DNA of 55,143 nucleotides from an uncultured Eggerthella sp. (lineage in GTDB: Bacteria > Actinomycetota > Coriobacteriia > Coriobacteriales > Eggerthellaceae): assembly GCA_900548955.1 (NCBI GenBank), contig URMQ01000001.1, forward strand, positions 1 through 55,143, given 5' to 3'. The notes below the pieces were generated by a model. It saw only the letters and a list, made by a program, of their open reading frames with translations. It had not been told where the DNA came from and did no database searches. Within the stretch, counting starts at the first letter, position 1. Each line of letters begins with the position of its first letter. This document shows, in pieces, positions 9,917-20,511 of the stretch. A program made the translations under genes and the position numbers.

Positions 9917-9964
9917 CGCCTAATCGCTCAGTCTCCTAATCGCTCAGTCGCCTAATCGCTCAGG
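9917..9964. repeat. 3 x 16-bp tandem repeat CKCCTAATCGCTCAGK
   Basis: CGCCTAATCGCTCAGT, CTCCTAATCGCTCAGT, CGCCTAATCGCTCAGG, immediately downstream of the clpB stop. Confidence 0.9.
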
Positions 9965-9967
9965 CAG

Positions 9968-12781
9968 TTAATCACCAAAGTCCATTCCGCGAAGTACATC
10001 GTTTGCCTGCTTTAATACATCATCAACCTCATCTGGCTTTGCCTGCGAAGGGTCCTCATAAACCCCGCCGGTTAGTGCTGCAGAGTCATCGCCTGCATGC
10101 AAGCTCGAACGATTTTCCACCGTAGCACAGTAATTGCCCTCAGAATCAAGATCAATAGTTACCTTAGCGCCATCACTAATGTGTCCATCAATGATTTCCG
10201 TCGCTACACGGTCAGTCACCTCACGCTGAATCAAACGACGCAGTGGACGAGCACCGTATACCGGATCATATCCATCAATGGCCAGACGTTCACGTGCAGC
10301 AGGAGTAACTTCCAAATCAATTCGACGATCCGCCAAGCGATCACGCACTCCGTTCAATTGCAGGTCAACAATAGGCTCCATCGCAGCAATGGAAAGCGTA
10401 TTGAAGGTAATAACTTCATCAATACGGTTCAAGAACTCAGGACGGAAGGTAGTGCTTAGGGCTTCGTTGATCTTCATCTGCATTTCAGCCAAACGCTTAG
10501 CAGCAGTAGCAACGTCTGCCTTCATCATGTCTTCCATCATGCTGCCCATGGAATCGCCTTCATTTTGGCTCGAGAATTCTCGAATGGACTGCGAGCCAAC
10601 ATTGGAGGTCATAATGATGATGGCATTCTTGAAGCTAACCACTCTACCTTGTCCGTCGGTAAGACGACCGTCATCGAGCACTTGCAGCAAGATATTGAAT
10701 ACATCCTGATGCGCTTTTTCAATCTCGTCGAGCAAAACTACGCAGTAAGGCTTGCGACGAACCGCTTCGGTAAGCTGACCGCCCTCGTCATAACCAACAT
10801 ATCCCGGAGGGGCACCAACCAAACGAGAAACGGAGTGCTTCTCCATATATTCCGACATATCGATACGAACCATAGCCTTTTCGCTGTCGAACAGATATTC
10901 AGCCAAGGCCTTTGCAAGCTCAGTCTTGCCAACACCTGTCGGGCCCAAGAACAAGAAGCTACCGATAGGACGGTTCGGGTCAGACAAGCCTGCACGATTA
11001 CGACGAATAGCTCCCGCTACTGCAGATACCGCCTGATCCTGTCCAATAACACGCTCGTGAAGCTTGGATTCCAGATCAACCAGCTTGGCCATTTCGCCCT
11101 GCATCATCTTGGTTACCGGAATACCAGTCCACGCAGAAACCACTTCTGCGATTTCCTCTTCGCCAACTTCTTCTTTAAGAATTGCACCATCTTGCTGACG
11201 GTTCTCAAGCAAAGCTTCTGCATCTGCTAACTGAGCTTGTAATGAAGGAATGGTACCGTAGCGCAATTCCGAAGCACGGGCGAGATCGCCTTCGCGGGTA
11301 GCACGCTCTTCGTCCAACTGAGCAGCTTCAATATCTGCCTTCAAATTCTGAACGCCTACGATAACGTCCTTTTCGTTTTTCCACATAGCCTTCTGTTTAT
11401 CAAGCGCTTCTTGAGCCGCAGAAATCTCTTTACGCAATGCTTCTAAACGTTCACGGCTTGGCTCGTCGGTTTCCTTCATAAGCGCTTGCTCTTCGATTTG
11501 CATCTGGGTAAGCTTGCGCTCTGCCAGATCCACTTCTTCAGGCATGCTGTCTATTTCAATACGCAGACGACTTGCCGCTTCGTCCATAAGGTCAATAGCC
11601 TTGTCAGGCAAGAACCTGTCAGAAATGTAGCGATTCGAAAGTTCTGCAGCAGCAACCAAGGCAGAGTCCTTGATGCGTACACCATGATGAATCTCGTACT
11701 TTTCTTTCAAACCACGAAGAATTGCAATGGTATCTTCCACGCTTGGCTCGCTTACCAGCACGGGCTGGAAACGACGCTCAAGAGCGGCATCCTTTTCGAT
11801 GTATTTACGATATTCATCCAAAGTGGTTGCACCAATTGCATGAAGTTCGCCACGAGCCAATGCTGGCTTGAGCATATTGCCCGCATCCATAGAGCTATCG
11901 CCCGTCGAACCTGCGCCAACAATGGTATGCAATTCGTCAATGAACAAAATGATTTGTCCATCGGATTGCTTTACCTCACGAAGTACCGCCTTCAAGCGAT
12001 CTTCGAATTCGCCACGATACTTAGCGCCTGCCAACATTGCAGGTAAGTCCAGAGCGATCAATTCGCGATCTTTCAAGCTTGAAGGAACGTCGCCTGCAAC
12101 AATACGCTGCGCTAGGCCCTCAACGATTGCCGTCTTACCAGTACCAGGCTCGCCAATAAGTACAGGGTTATTCTTAGTACGACGAGACAAAACCTGAACG
12201 GTGCGACGAATTTCTTCCGAACGGCCAATAACAGGATCCAGCTTGCCCTCGCGTGCTGCCTGAGTAAGGTTGTTGCCGTACTGCTCAAGCACTTCAAACT
12301 CGGGCTTGCTCGTAGCATCGGTCACGCGCGTATCACCACGAAGTTCCTCATAGGCCTCTTCAATGTTTTTGCGCGTAATACCTTGATCATTCAGAATTTT
12401 ACCTGCAGTTCCACTATCTTCAGAAAGCGCAATCAGCAGATGCTCTGTGGTGGCATAGGAGTCACCCAGTTTTTCTGCAATTTTTACCGCTTTATCAATA
12501 AGCGAGATGAACGCAGGGGAAGGGGCAGTAATACCCATACCCATAAAGCCATTACCGCTTACCTTAGGCATGCGCTCTTCCTCTTCTTTCACGCGCGCCT
12601 GCAATACAGCAGGATCTGCTCCAATACGCGTGATAATAGCGTTCATATTATGTTCGCCTGCAGACAGGATGGCATCAAGCAAATGAATAGGCTCGACTGC
12701 GCTTGCTTCGCGCTCGCCAGCAATGCTCATTGCTGACTGGAACGCTTCCTGTGCTGTAAGCGCCAGCTTGTCTAGTCTCAT
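9968..12781 (-). CDS. clpB: ATP-dependent disaggregase ClpB
   Basis: Two AAA+ modules ([16 protein letters not shown]), coiled-coil middle domain, KYRGEFE and GYVGYDEGG pore loops; no ClpP-binding IGF loop. Confidence 0.97.
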   Translation of the reverse strand: MRLDKLALTAQEAFQSAMSIAGEREASAVEPIHLLDAILSAGEHNMNAIITRIGADPAVLQARVKEEEERMPKVSGNGFMGMGITAPSPAFISLIDKAVKIAEKLGDSYATTEHLLIALSEDSGTAGKILNDQGITRKNIEEAYEELRGDTRVTDATSKPEFEVLEQYGNNLTQAAREGKLDPVIGRSEEIRRTVQVLSRRTKNNPVLIGEPGTGKTAIVEGLAQRIVAGDVPSSLKDRELIALDLPAMLAGAKYRGEFEDRLKAVLREVKQSDGQIILFIDELHTIVGAGSTGDSSMDAGNMLKPALARGELHAIGATTLDEYRKYIEKDAALERRFQPVLVSEPSVEDTIAILRGLKEKYEIHHGVRIKDSALVAAAELSNRYISDRFLPDKAIDLMDEAASRLRIEIDSMPEEVDLAERKLTQMQIEEQALMKETDEPSRERLEALRKEISAAQEALDKQKAMWKNEKDVIVGVQNLKADIEAAQLDEERATREGDLARASELRYGTIPSLQAQLADAEALLENRQQDGAILKEEVGEEEIAEVVSAWTGIPVTKMMQGEMAKLVDLESKLHERVIGQDQAVSAVAGAIRRNRAGLSDPNRPIGSFLFLGPTGVGKTELAKALAEYLFDSEKAMVRIDMSEYMEKHSVSRLVGAPPGYVGYDEGGQLTEAVRRKPYCVVLLDEIEKAHQDVFNILLQVLDDGRLTDGQGRVVSFKNAIIIMTSNVGSQSIREFSSQNEGDSMGSMMEDMMKADVATAAKRLAEMQMKINEALSTTFRPEFLNRIDEVITFNTLSIAAMEPIVDLQLNGVRDRLADRRIDLEVTPAARERLAIDGYDPVYGARPLRRLIQREVTDRVATEIIDGHISDGAKVTIDLDSEGNYCATVENRSSLHAGDDSAALTGGVYEDPSQAKPDEVDDVLKQANDVLRGMDFGD

Positions 12782-12792
12782 ATATAGCTCCT

Positions 12793-13173
12793 TTACAGAA
12801 GTCGACGCAAAACAATTGCGTTGCTTTCATTTACTAACGAATTAACGCTTTCTCGAGTTTCCAATTCATGAACCCTATCGGCTAAGCGACGAACTCGTTT
12901 ATGCAAAGCATCAATTTCTTCATCGCGTTCATCCAAACGGCCCTTTAAATCCAGGATTCGAATAACACCTGCAAGGTTAATTCCTTCGTCGGTCAAAGCG
13001 TTAATTAACTGCAAACGCTCAATATCTGCTTGCGAATACATGCGGGTGTTACCACTCGTTCGCTGAGGAGATACCAAACCTTTTTGCTCGTAAATTCGCA
13101 GGGTTTGAGGATGGACGCCTGCAAGTTCTGCTGCAACACTAATCATGTACAGCGGTCTGTTTTTGTCCTCCAT
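12793..13173 (-). CDS. hspR: MerR-family heat-shock repressor HspR
   Basis: PLYMISVAAELAGVHPQTLRIYEQKGL...GINLAGV; ATG overlaps the dnaJ stop (TAATG). Confidence 0.95.
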   Translation of the reverse strand: MEDKNRPLYMISVAAELAGVHPQTLRIYEQKGLVSPQRTSGNTRMYSQADIERLQLINALTDEGINLAGVIRILDLKGRLDERDEEIDALHKRVRRLADRVHELETRESVNSLVNESNAIVLRRLL

Positions 13174-14126
13174 TACCAAGCCCTCACTTCTTCACTCGTT
13201 GCTGCCTGGAATGCTTCCAGGGCTTCTTTTTGTTTATCGTTCAACGTCTTAGGAACAGCCACATGCAGAGTTAAAAGTAAATCGCCCGTACCTGTTGCAC
13301 CTTTTCCTAAACGTGGAGCGCCTTTTCCTTTTACCTTCAAGACCGTTCCGCTTTCGCACCCCGCAGGAACTTTTATGCTTACCTTTTTTCCTTCGGGGGT
13401 AGGAACAACAATCTGTGTTCCCAGAGCAGCTTCCGCAAAAGTAATGGGCACATCCATTAAAACGTCTGCTTTATCGCGCTTGAACAAAGGGTGATCTGCA
13501 ATGTGAATATTCACGAGCAAATCGCCTGCAGGACCACCTTGAATTCCTGGTGCGCCCTTGCCTTTCAAGCGAACGCGACCACCTTCAACAGCACCTGCAG
13601 GAATTTTTATCGAAAGGGTTTCCTTTTCGTTGGTGCCCGCCTTGCCTATACGAACCTTCTTTTCACATCCTTTGAAGGCCTCATCAAACGTAACGGTCAT
13701 GGTTACGTTTTTGTCGGCGCCCTTTTGTGGCTTTGGCCGAGCTTGATAGGTTTGACCTTGTCCGCCAAAATTCCATTCGGTGCCGAAAGCGCCTTCACCA
13801 TTGCGGATACTTTCCAAAATGTCCGCCCAGCTACCAAAACCGCCAAAGCCAGAACCGCCGAAAGGATTTCCACCTTGCCCCTGCCAAGCTCCGCCACCAA
13901 AGGGGATTTGGTTTTCGTTAGCAGTGCCGTATTGGTCGTAAAGCTTTCTTTTTTTCTCATCAGAAAGTACTTCGTATGCTTCGTTTATTTCTTTAAACTT
14001 CGCTTCATCACCGCCAGCATCAGGATGATGCTTGCGCGCTAATTTACGAAATGCTTTCTTGATGGTGTCTGCATCAGCGTCTCGTGGAACGCCTAGCGTT
14101 TTGTAATAGTCAGGAGTCTGTGCCAT
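13173..14126 (-). CDS. dnaJ: DnaJ-family co-chaperone lacking the zinc finger (class B, CbpA-like)
   Basis: J domain with HPD, G/F-rich region and C-terminal domains, no CxxCxGxG repeats; RBS GAAAGGTGG before ATG 14126. Confidence 0.92.
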   Translation of the reverse strand: MAQTPDYYKTLGVPRDADADTIKKAFRKLARKHHPDAGGDEAKFKEINEAYEVLSDEKKRKLYDQYGTANENQIPFGGGAWQGQGGNPFGGSGFGGFGSWADILESIRNGEGAFGTEWNFGGQGQTYQARPKPQKGADKNVTMTVTFDEAFKGCEKKVRIGKAGTNEKETLSIKIPAGAVEGGRVRLKGKGAPGIQGGPAGDLLVNIHIADHPLFKRDKADVLMDVPITFAEAALGTQIVVPTPEGKKVSIKVPAGCESGTVLKVKGKGAPRLGKGATGTGDLLLTLHVAVPKTLNDKQKEALEAFQAATSEEVRAW

Positions 14127-14155
14127 TCGTCCCACCTTTCTCTCTGTCCTACAAC

Positions 14156-14184
14156 AAGGGCGGACCTAAACATCGCCCGCCCTT
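14156..14184. terminator. Intra-operon hairpin between grpE and dnaJ
   Basis: AAGGGCGG/CCGCCCTT inverted repeat. Confidence 0.5.
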
Positions 14185-14226
14185 ACATTTGCCTCTTCTA
14201 AATTACTTGTTAAGCCTTCGCAGCGT

Positions 14227-14862
14227 CTACTTAGAAGAATCCTCAGATTCCTCTTCCGCTTCGCGCTTAGGACCACCTTGAGTAACCGTTACCATTGCGG
14301 TACGAATTACCTTGTTGCCCATGCGATATCCCTTCTGGTATACCTCGGCAACAGTTTCATCAGGAACTGAAGGGTCATCAACCGTGGCTACCGCTAAAGC
14401 TTCAAGGGCGTTGAAGGCCTCCCCTTTAGGATCAATCATTTCAACCCCATGCTTGGTTAGCACTTCAAGCATCTTGGTGTGCACTGCCTGTACACCACCA
14501 AGCAGACCCTCTTCGCCATTTTTTTCGGCGTAATCGATGCTTCGTTCAAAGTCGTCAATTACAGGAATTAATCCTTCAACAAGCTTTTCAGCTGCGCGAG
14601 CTTTTTCTTCCTCGCGCTGTTCGTTCATGCGACGACGGTACGTATCCCATTCCGCATGAAGGCGAAGATACTTATCTTGCCAAGCTGCTGCTTCCTTTTT
14701 TGCAACAGCAATCGGATCCTCGGTTTCTTCTTCTTGAGATTCGCTAGAATCCGCAGTTTCCTCGACCTGAGCATCTTCAGTTTCAGGGGCGGCAGCTTCT
14801 GCCGCCTCCTGATCTTCTACAACCTGGTCCTCACGTACCTCGTCTTTTTCAGGCGCGGTCAT
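14227..14862 (-). CDS. grpE: Nucleotide exchange factor GrpE
   Basis: YLRLHAEWDTYRRR, LIPVIDDFER, QKGYRMGNKVIRTAMVTV. Confidence 0.97.
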   Translation of the reverse strand: MTAPEKDEVREDQVVEDQEAAEAAAPETEDAQVEETADSSESQEEETEDPIAVAKKEAAAWQDKYLRLHAEWDTYRRRMNEQREEEKARAAEKLVEGLIPVIDDFERSIDYAEKNGEEGLLGGVQAVHTKMLEVLTKHGVEMIDPKGEAFNALEALAVATVDDPSVPDETVAEVYQKGYRMGNKVIRTAMVTVTQGGPKREAEEESEDSSK

Positions 14863-14864
14863 GA

Positions 14865-16787
14865 TTACTTGTCCTTCTTCTCGTCGTCGTCAACTACCTC
14901 AAAGTCTGCTTCGATGGTGTCATCATTGGTAGGCTGCTGAGCAGCGCCAGCTGCACCTGCAGCGCCCTCAGCACCTGGCTGAGCAGCATTTTGGCTATAA
15001 GCAACTTCTGCCAACTTGTAGCTTGCCTGTTGCAAAGCCTCCATTGCAGACTTGATTGCCTCAATATCGGTGCCCTCAAGAGCGGTACGAGCCTGAGCAA
15101 CCGCATCCTCTGCCTGCTTCTTGGAATCTGCAGGAACCTTGTCGCCCAACTCGTTTAACGTGGTTTCCGTAGCGTTGATCAAAGAGTCGCAGTTGTTGCG
15201 AATTTCAACTTCTTCCTTGCGAAGCTTATCTTCCTCAGCGTGAGCTTCAGCATCCTTTACCATACGATCTACTTCGTCGTCGGTCAGTGCAGTGGAACCA
15301 GAAATGGTGATCTGCTGCTGCTTGCCAGTGCCAAGATCCTTAGCAGAAACGTTTACGATGCCGTTTGCGTCAATATCGAAGGTAACTTCAATTTGAGGAA
15401 CACCACGACGTGCTGCAGGAATGCCCGTAAGCTGGAACCTACCTAGAGTCTTGTTGCCTGCTGCCATTTCGCGCTCACCCTGAAGAACATGAATTTCAAC
15501 GGAAGTCTGATTGTCAGCTGCCGTAGAGTAAATTTCAGTCTTGCGGGTAGGAATGGTGGTGTTGCGCTCGATCATCTTGGTCATTACGCCGCCCATGGTT
15601 TCAACACCCAAGGACAAAGGCGTTACGTCAAGAAGAAGAATGCCTTCAACGTCGCCTGCCAAAACGCCGCCCTGAACTGCAGCACCCATAGCTACTACTT
15701 CGTCAGGATTTACAGACATGTTAGGCTGCTTGCCCGTCATTTGCTTTACCAATTCCTGAACTGCTGGCATACGGGTAGAGCCACCAACCAAGATAACTTC
15801 ATTTACGTCGCCCGTAGAAAGACCAGCGTCCTTCAAAGCCTGCTGTACAGGAGTCTTGCAGCGATCAAGCAAGTCCTTGGTGATGCGTTCAAACTCTGCA
15901 CGGGTCAAGGTGTAGTCCAAGTGCAATGGGCCAGCAGCACCTGCAGAAATGAAAGGCAGGTTGATGTTGGTCTGAGAGGTGGAAGAAAGTTCCATCTTTG
16001 CCTTTTCAGCTGCGTCCTTCAAACGCTGCAAAGCCATCTTGTCCTGGCGAAGATCGATGCCATTGTCTGCCTGGAACTTGTCTGCCAACCAGTCAATAAC
16101 ACGCTGATCCCAGTCGTCGCCACCTAAGTGGTTATCGCCTGCGGTGGAGCAAACTTCAAATACGCCGTCACCCAACTCAAGAACAGAAACGTCGAAGGTA
16201 CCGCCACCAAGGTCGAATACCAAAACCTTTTCATCCTTGTTGGTACGATCAAGACCATAAGCCAGCGCTGCTGCGGTAGGTTCGTTGATAATACGAAGAA
16301 CTTCCAAGCCAGCAATCTTGCCTGCGTCCTTTGTAGCCTGACGCTGAGCGTCGTTGAAGTATGCAGGAACGGTAATTACTGCCTGAGTAATAGGTTCGCC
16401 AACACGCTTTTCTGCGTCAGCCTTAAGCTTCTGAAGAACCATTGCAGAAATTTCTTCTGGCATATAGTCCTTGCCTTCAATATCTACTACTGCACGACCA
16501 CCGTTGCCGTTCTTTACGTTGTAAGCAACCGTCTTCTGCTCTTCGGAAGTTTCAGCATAGGAACGACCGATGAAGCGCTTTACTGAAGCGATGGTGTTTT
16601 CGGGATTGGTTACTGCCTTGTTCTTAGCAGCCTTACCTACCGTACGTTCACCATCTTTACCAAAACCAACAACGGAAGGAGTGGTGCGGTCGCCTTCAGC
16701 GTTAACCAGAATTTCTGGCTCTGAACCTTCCATAACCGCCATTGCCGAATTGGTAGTACCCAAGTCGATGCCGATAATTTTTGCCAT
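14865..16787 (-). CDS. dnaK: Chaperone DnaK (Hsp70)
   Basis: [27 protein letters not shown]; likely start MAKII at 16787. Confidence 0.99.
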   Translation of the reverse strand: MAKIIGIDLGTTNSAMAVMEGSEPEILVNAEGDRTTPSVVGFGKDGERTVGKAAKNKAVTNPENTIASVKRFIGRSYAETSEEQKTVAYNVKNGNGGRAVVDIEGKDYMPEEISAMVLQKLKADAEKRVGEPITQAVITVPAYFNDAQRQATKDAGKIAGLEVLRIINEPTAAALAYGLDRTNKDEKVLVFDLGGGTFDVSVLELGDGVFEVCSTAGDNHLGGDDWDQRVIDWLADKFQADNGIDLRQDKMALQRLKDAAEKAKMELSSTSQTNINLPFISAGAAGPLHLDYTLTRAEFERITKDLLDRCKTPVQQALKDAGLSTGDVNEVILVGGSTRMPAVQELVKQMTGKQPNMSVNPDEVVAMGAAVQGGVLAGDVEGILLLDVTPLSLGVETMGGVMTKMIERNTTIPTRKTEIYSTAADNQTSVEIHVLQGEREMAAGNKTLGRFQLTGIPAARRGVPQIEVTFDIDANGIVNVSAKDLGTGKQQQITISGSTALTDDEVDRMVKDAEAHAEEDKLRKEEVEIRNNCDSLINATETTLNELGDKVPADSKKQAEDAVAQARTALEGTDIEAIKSAMEALQQASYKLAEVAYSQNAAQPGAEGAAGAAGAAQQPTNDDTIEADFEVVDDDEKKDK

Positions 16788-16932
16788 CTTGCATATTCCT
16801 TTCAGTTGCGGCTGCTTGAAGAAGCCCCTCAAGCAAACCCCCTGCTTTTACCTATATAAGTGTCATATTCCAATGAAGCTTTTTGCTTCATATGGGAAAG
16901 CCCACCAGTAGGTGAACCTCATGACAGTGACC

Positions 16933-16985
16933 ATAATAAAATCTAAGTGCTTCATTGTCAAGAATCTAAGTGTCTTATTGTTAGG
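16933..16985 (-). promoter_or_regulatory. SigA-type promoter of the dnaK operon overlapped by two 23-bp HAIR-like repeats
   Basis: Minus strand TTGACA-N17-TATTAT (16961-16933). Plus-strand repeats AATCTAAGTGCTTCATTGTCAAG (16940-16962) and AATCTAAGTGTCTTATTGTTAGG (16963-16985). Confidence 0.8.
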
Positions 16986-17159
16986 TTTTGTTACCTTCCT
17001 GTTGAAGATTTTCTTATGTTTCCTATTACCCCAGGTCAAAAGAATATTTTCTATATCTTATGAAGTAATTTTTGAGTTATTTCGCAAAGTGAATTTAAAA
17101 CATTGCTCCTGTAATGCGTTGTTGTTTCCTTAAATATGCAACCATCCGCTCAATTGCAC

Positions 17160-17187
17160 AAAAAAAGTCCCGCCGAAGCGGGACTTA
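17160..17187 (-). terminator. Intrinsic terminator after the small zinc-ribbon gene
   Basis: AAGTCCCGC-CGAA-GCGGGACTT hairpin with T7 on the minus strand. Confidence 0.85.
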
Positions 17188-17266
17188 TGCGAAACACGAT
17201 ATATAACGCAAGAAGTTATTAGTTGCTATTCTTGCTTTATTGCATTTCTAACTTACGCGAAGAAGA

Positions 17267-17422
17267 CTACTTCTTTGCAACGCCACCAATAAGAGACATC
17301 TTAGTGCCGCAATCAGGGCAGGTGCCTTTCGTGATAACACGACCATTCTTGGTAACACCCTCCTGAGGATCTACCATTTCCTTCTTAGCCTTGCACTTTA
17401 CGCAATAAGCAACAACTGCCAT
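17267..17422 (-). CDS. DUF5679-like small zinc-ribbon protein (51 aa), absent from ORF track
   Basis: MAVVAYCVKCKAKKEMVDPQEGVTKNGRVITKGTCPDCGTKMSLIGGVAKK; two CxxC pairs; RBS AAGAGGT upstream and a terminator downstream. Confidence 0.85.
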   Translation of the reverse strand: MAVVAYCVKCKAKKEMVDPQEGVTKNGRVITKGTCPDCGTKMSLIGGVAKK

Positions 17423-17576
17423 TGTAACCTCTTTTCATATTGATCGGTATAAAAGCCGTACTAGCGAATAACGCTCGACCTATTGTAGCTATGCTTATAC
17501 CATTTGACCAGTTAAAGTAGTTATTTTTTTGCACCTTTAACAAAAAGAGGAAACGACTGGGCTAAAAACCAAGAAT

Positions 17577-17765
17577 TTAGTCCTCAATAATCTCTTCTAT
17601 AGCACCCATTGGGCATTCTTCTACGCAGTCACCACAAGCAATGCAAGACTCTTCATTTACAACGGTGCAAACACCATCAACAACTTCAATAGTGCCCTGA
17701 GGACAAGCATCAATGCAAATACCGCAACCAATGCATTCGTCAGCCAAAATCACAGGATGGGACAT
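17577..17765 (-). CDS. 2x[4Fe-4S] ferredoxin
   Basis: CIGCGICIDACP and CIACGDCVEECP motifs, 62 aa. Confidence 0.95.
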   Translation of the reverse strand: MSHPVILADECIGCGICIDACPQGTIEVVDGVCTVVNEESCIACGDCVEECPMGAIEEIIED

Positions 17766-18108
17766 GAGATACCTCTTCTCTCGTTTTTAAATCTTAAGGG
17801 ACGCTCGGTAATCCCCCATGAATCAATTCCATGACGGGAAAATACCATAGCAACGATAAGTTGCAAGTATTGATTCTTGATTTTTCCGTTAATAGCAGAA
17901 ATTGGAACGATTTTCCGCCATTTCCTTCGTTTTTGGCCAAATCGTCTACCGTCTACCGCCTGTTTTAAGCAGCAGCTGAAAGAACTTCATGAGCTTCAAG
18001 GCAAAACATTCTGACATTTTCTTGCTATAAAAATTCTACCTCTTTCACGAAAAACTATTTTGAAGAGCGATTAAGCACTTCGTTAGTTTTGAGGGGAAGA
18101 TGTTGAAT

Positions 18109-19131
18109 TTAGCAAATACGAGGAAGTTGTTCGCCAACGAGCATATCCATGATTCGAAGCGCGCCAAAACCAGTTCGAATGGAAACACGAGACGATCTAT
18201 CTTCGGGCTTTTCAACCACTTCGCCAATAATAGCAGCATCAACACCGTACTTATTTGCACGCATAGCTTCTAGCGCGGCATCAGCCTGATCAGCAGGAAC
18301 TACGCACACCATCTTACCTTCGTTGGCAACTTGATACACATCGTAGCCTAACATTTCACACGCACCTCGTACGGCATCTTTTACAGGAACAGCATCTTCT
18401 TCAACAATGAAATCAACATCAGACTGAACTGCTAATTCATTAAGGGTTGAAGCCAACCCTCCACGCGTAGGGTCGCGGAAACAACGAGTATCAGGAGCAG
18501 CCGCCAACACCTCTGCAATAAGATGATTAAGCGGCGCAGCATCGGTTTGAATATCTGCATTAAATGACAGTTCTTCGCGGCAGGCCATTACCGTAATACC
18601 ATGATCGCCAATGGTGCCGCTTACTAAAATTTTGTCTCCTGGTTTGCAAAATGCACCGGACAATTCAACGCCAGCGGGAATAAACCCAATACCACTCGTG
18701 TTGATAAAAACACCATCACCATGACCGCGATTTACTACCTTAGTATCACCCGTAACAATATGCACACCAGCTTCTTTAGCCATCTGCGCCATGCTGTGAC
18801 AAATTTGCTTTAAGTCAGCAACAGAAAAGCCCTCTTCTAGAATGAAGCCACAGGAAAGATACTTTGGGACAGCACCGCTGGTTGCCACGTCGTTTACTGT
18901 TCCGCAAACAGCCAGCTTACCAATATCGCCACCAGGGAAAAAGTGTGGCGTTACTACAAAGCTATCGGTTGAATACGCCAAACGTTCTCCAGCGTTTGGG
19001 GCTGGCAGCGATGCGGCGTCATTGCCCTCAAGCAGTTCCGTTGAACCATAAGCTTCATAGAACACTTCATCAATTATGCGTTTCATCATGGTGCCGCCGC
19101 TACCATGACCAAGCAAAACTGTTTCGTCCAT
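18109..19131 (-). CDS. hypE: Hydrogenase maturation carbamoyl dehydratase HypE
   Basis: HGSGG, FFPGGDIGKLAVCGTVND, RDPTRGG, ANEG, C-terminal LPRIC. Confidence 0.98.
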   Translation of the reverse strand: MDETVLLGHGSGGTMMKRIIDEVFYEAYGSTELLEGNDAASLPAPNAGERLAYSTDSFVVTPHFFPGGDIGKLAVCGTVNDVATSGAVPKYLSCGFILEEGFSVADLKQICHSMAQMAKEAGVHIVTGDTKVVNRGHGDGVFINTSGIGFIPAGVELSGAFCKPGDKILVSGTIGDHGITVMACREELSFNADIQTDAAPLNHLIAEVLAAAPDTRCFRDPTRGGLASTLNELAVQSDVDFIVEEDAVPVKDAVRGACEMLGYDVYQVANEGKMVCVVPADQADAALEAMRANKYGVDAAIIGEVVEKPEDRSSRVSIRTGFGALRIMDMLVGEQLPRIC

Positions 19132-19140
19132 ACTGTTCTC

Positions 19141-19563
19141 CTAAATAAAAGCGCCTGTGGTAGTCATATGCAAGCGCCCCGTTTTCACGCCTTTTGTGCC
19201 AATGATTAAATTAGCAATATCTTGTACGAGCCCCGTTTCACCTTTAAGAACTATGACCTCTAGGCAGTTTTCTTCATCAATATGAACATGCAACGACGAG
19301 ACAATGGTTTCCAAATAATTGTGCTGAATTTGATGAAGTTTTTCTTGAAGGTCGTTGGCATGGTGACTGTAGACAATAGTCAAAGTGCCCATAACAATAC
19401 GCCCAGGCATTGAGCATTCGTCTTCAACCAGAGCGTCACGCACCAAATCGCGCACAACCTCACTTCGATTTTTAGCTAAACCTCGTCGAGCAACTAAATG
19501 GTCAAACTTAACAAGTAGATCTTCCGGCATGGCAACCGAAAAACGCATGAGATCATTACTCAT
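19141..19563 (-). CDS. nikR: Nickel-responsive regulator NikR
   Basis: Ribbon-helix-helix N-terminus (RFSVAMP...NRSEVVRDLVR) and nickel site QH...HVHIDEENCLE. Confidence 0.96.
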   Translation of the reverse strand: MSNDLMRFSVAMPEDLLVKFDHLVARRGLAKNRSEVVRDLVRDALVEDECSMPGRIVMGTLTIVYSHHANDLQEKLHQIQHNYLETIVSSLHVHIDEENCLEVIVLKGETGLVQDIANLIIGTKGVKTGRLHMTTTGAFI

Positions 19564-19597
19564 TACAACCTCGTTCTTTTTTATGCAAAGCTACTGC

Positions 19598-19852
19598 CTA
19601 AACAAGGCTGACTGTAACGCCACTTGCATTTTCCGCATCGTCTTCAAGGGCATCTTTCGCTTCATCAAGCGTTGCGCGCACTTCATCAAGAAGCGCCTGA
19701 ACCTGATGAAGTTTTTCGCCCACCGTTTCAAATCCTGCATCTGCTGCATTATGAGCAAGAGTGTGAGCCCAGCGGCGCTCAAGTTTAATGTGATCATCAA
19801 TCTGATCTATCATCTGTTCAAATTGACCCGTGTTAATTCCGTTGGTACACAT
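19598..19852 (-). CDS. Small helical hypothetical protein (84 aa) upstream of nikR
   Basis: RBS CAGGGAGG; Cys2 and four His in an amphipathic helical pattern; co-oriented with nikR-hypE. Confidence 0.8.
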   Translation of the reverse strand: MCTNGINTGQFEQMIDQIDDHIKLERRWAHTLAHNAADAGFETVGEKLHQVQALLDEVRATLDEAKDALEDDAENASGVTVSLV

Positions 19853-20007
19853 AAAGCCTCCCTGATACTTTGGCTCTGGGTTGTGTTATTAATTGTTATA
19901 TCTGTAATATCATGCTTGGCGTAAAACAGTGTGAAAAATTTCGTAATTGGTATTATTTTTTATTGTTAGCCGCAGGAAACACATAGAAGTCGAAGGGTGC
20001 GAGTTTT

Positions 20008-20511
20008 ATGAGTACCGAAAGTAAGAATTCTGAACCAGTTCTGCATTCGCCTTATGAAAGAATTCGCCACGCCCATCTTTTCCAGTTTGCAGACCATATA
20101 GAAAAAAGCAGCAGCACAGGAAGCGAAGATGCGCTTTTTTGTGTAATAAGCACATTTCCCTTATCCGATTCTGCTCAAGCGGCACTGCACGCCAGTGCAC
20201 CGCGGTTAGGCTATAGCAACCGCCAACTTTGCTTTATTGTTCTCTCGAACGCCAGTCACACCCTTGAGCCTTCAGAACTTTTCACCATACTTGAAGCCAT
20301 TGATCCTTTGTGCGTTGTATTGACCGACCATGAAAGCGTGAAAACCGCATCCGCTGGTTACAACACCCCTCTTGCTCTTGAGACGCGAGAGTTCTTGCTT
20401 GGTCGCGGCTGCTGTTGCTTTGAATCTTTCGAAGACTTACTTTCTACCAGCGAAGGAAAGCAAAAAGCATGGGCCTGTCTGAAAACCCTGCCCCCTCTGG
20501 CTGTTTTGTGA
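20008..20511 (+). CDS. Hypothetical protein
   Basis: 167-aa ORF with plausible RBS, divergent from the nikR operon; ends KQKAWACLKTL. Confidence 0.7.
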   Translation: MSTESKNSEPVLHSPYERIRHAHLFQFADHIEKSSSTGSEDALFCVISTFPLSDSAQAALHASAPRLGYSNRQLCFIVLSNASHTLEPSELFTILEAIDPLCVVLTDHESVKTASAGYNTPLALETREFLLGRGCCCFESFEDLLSTSEGKQKAWACLKTLPPLAVL

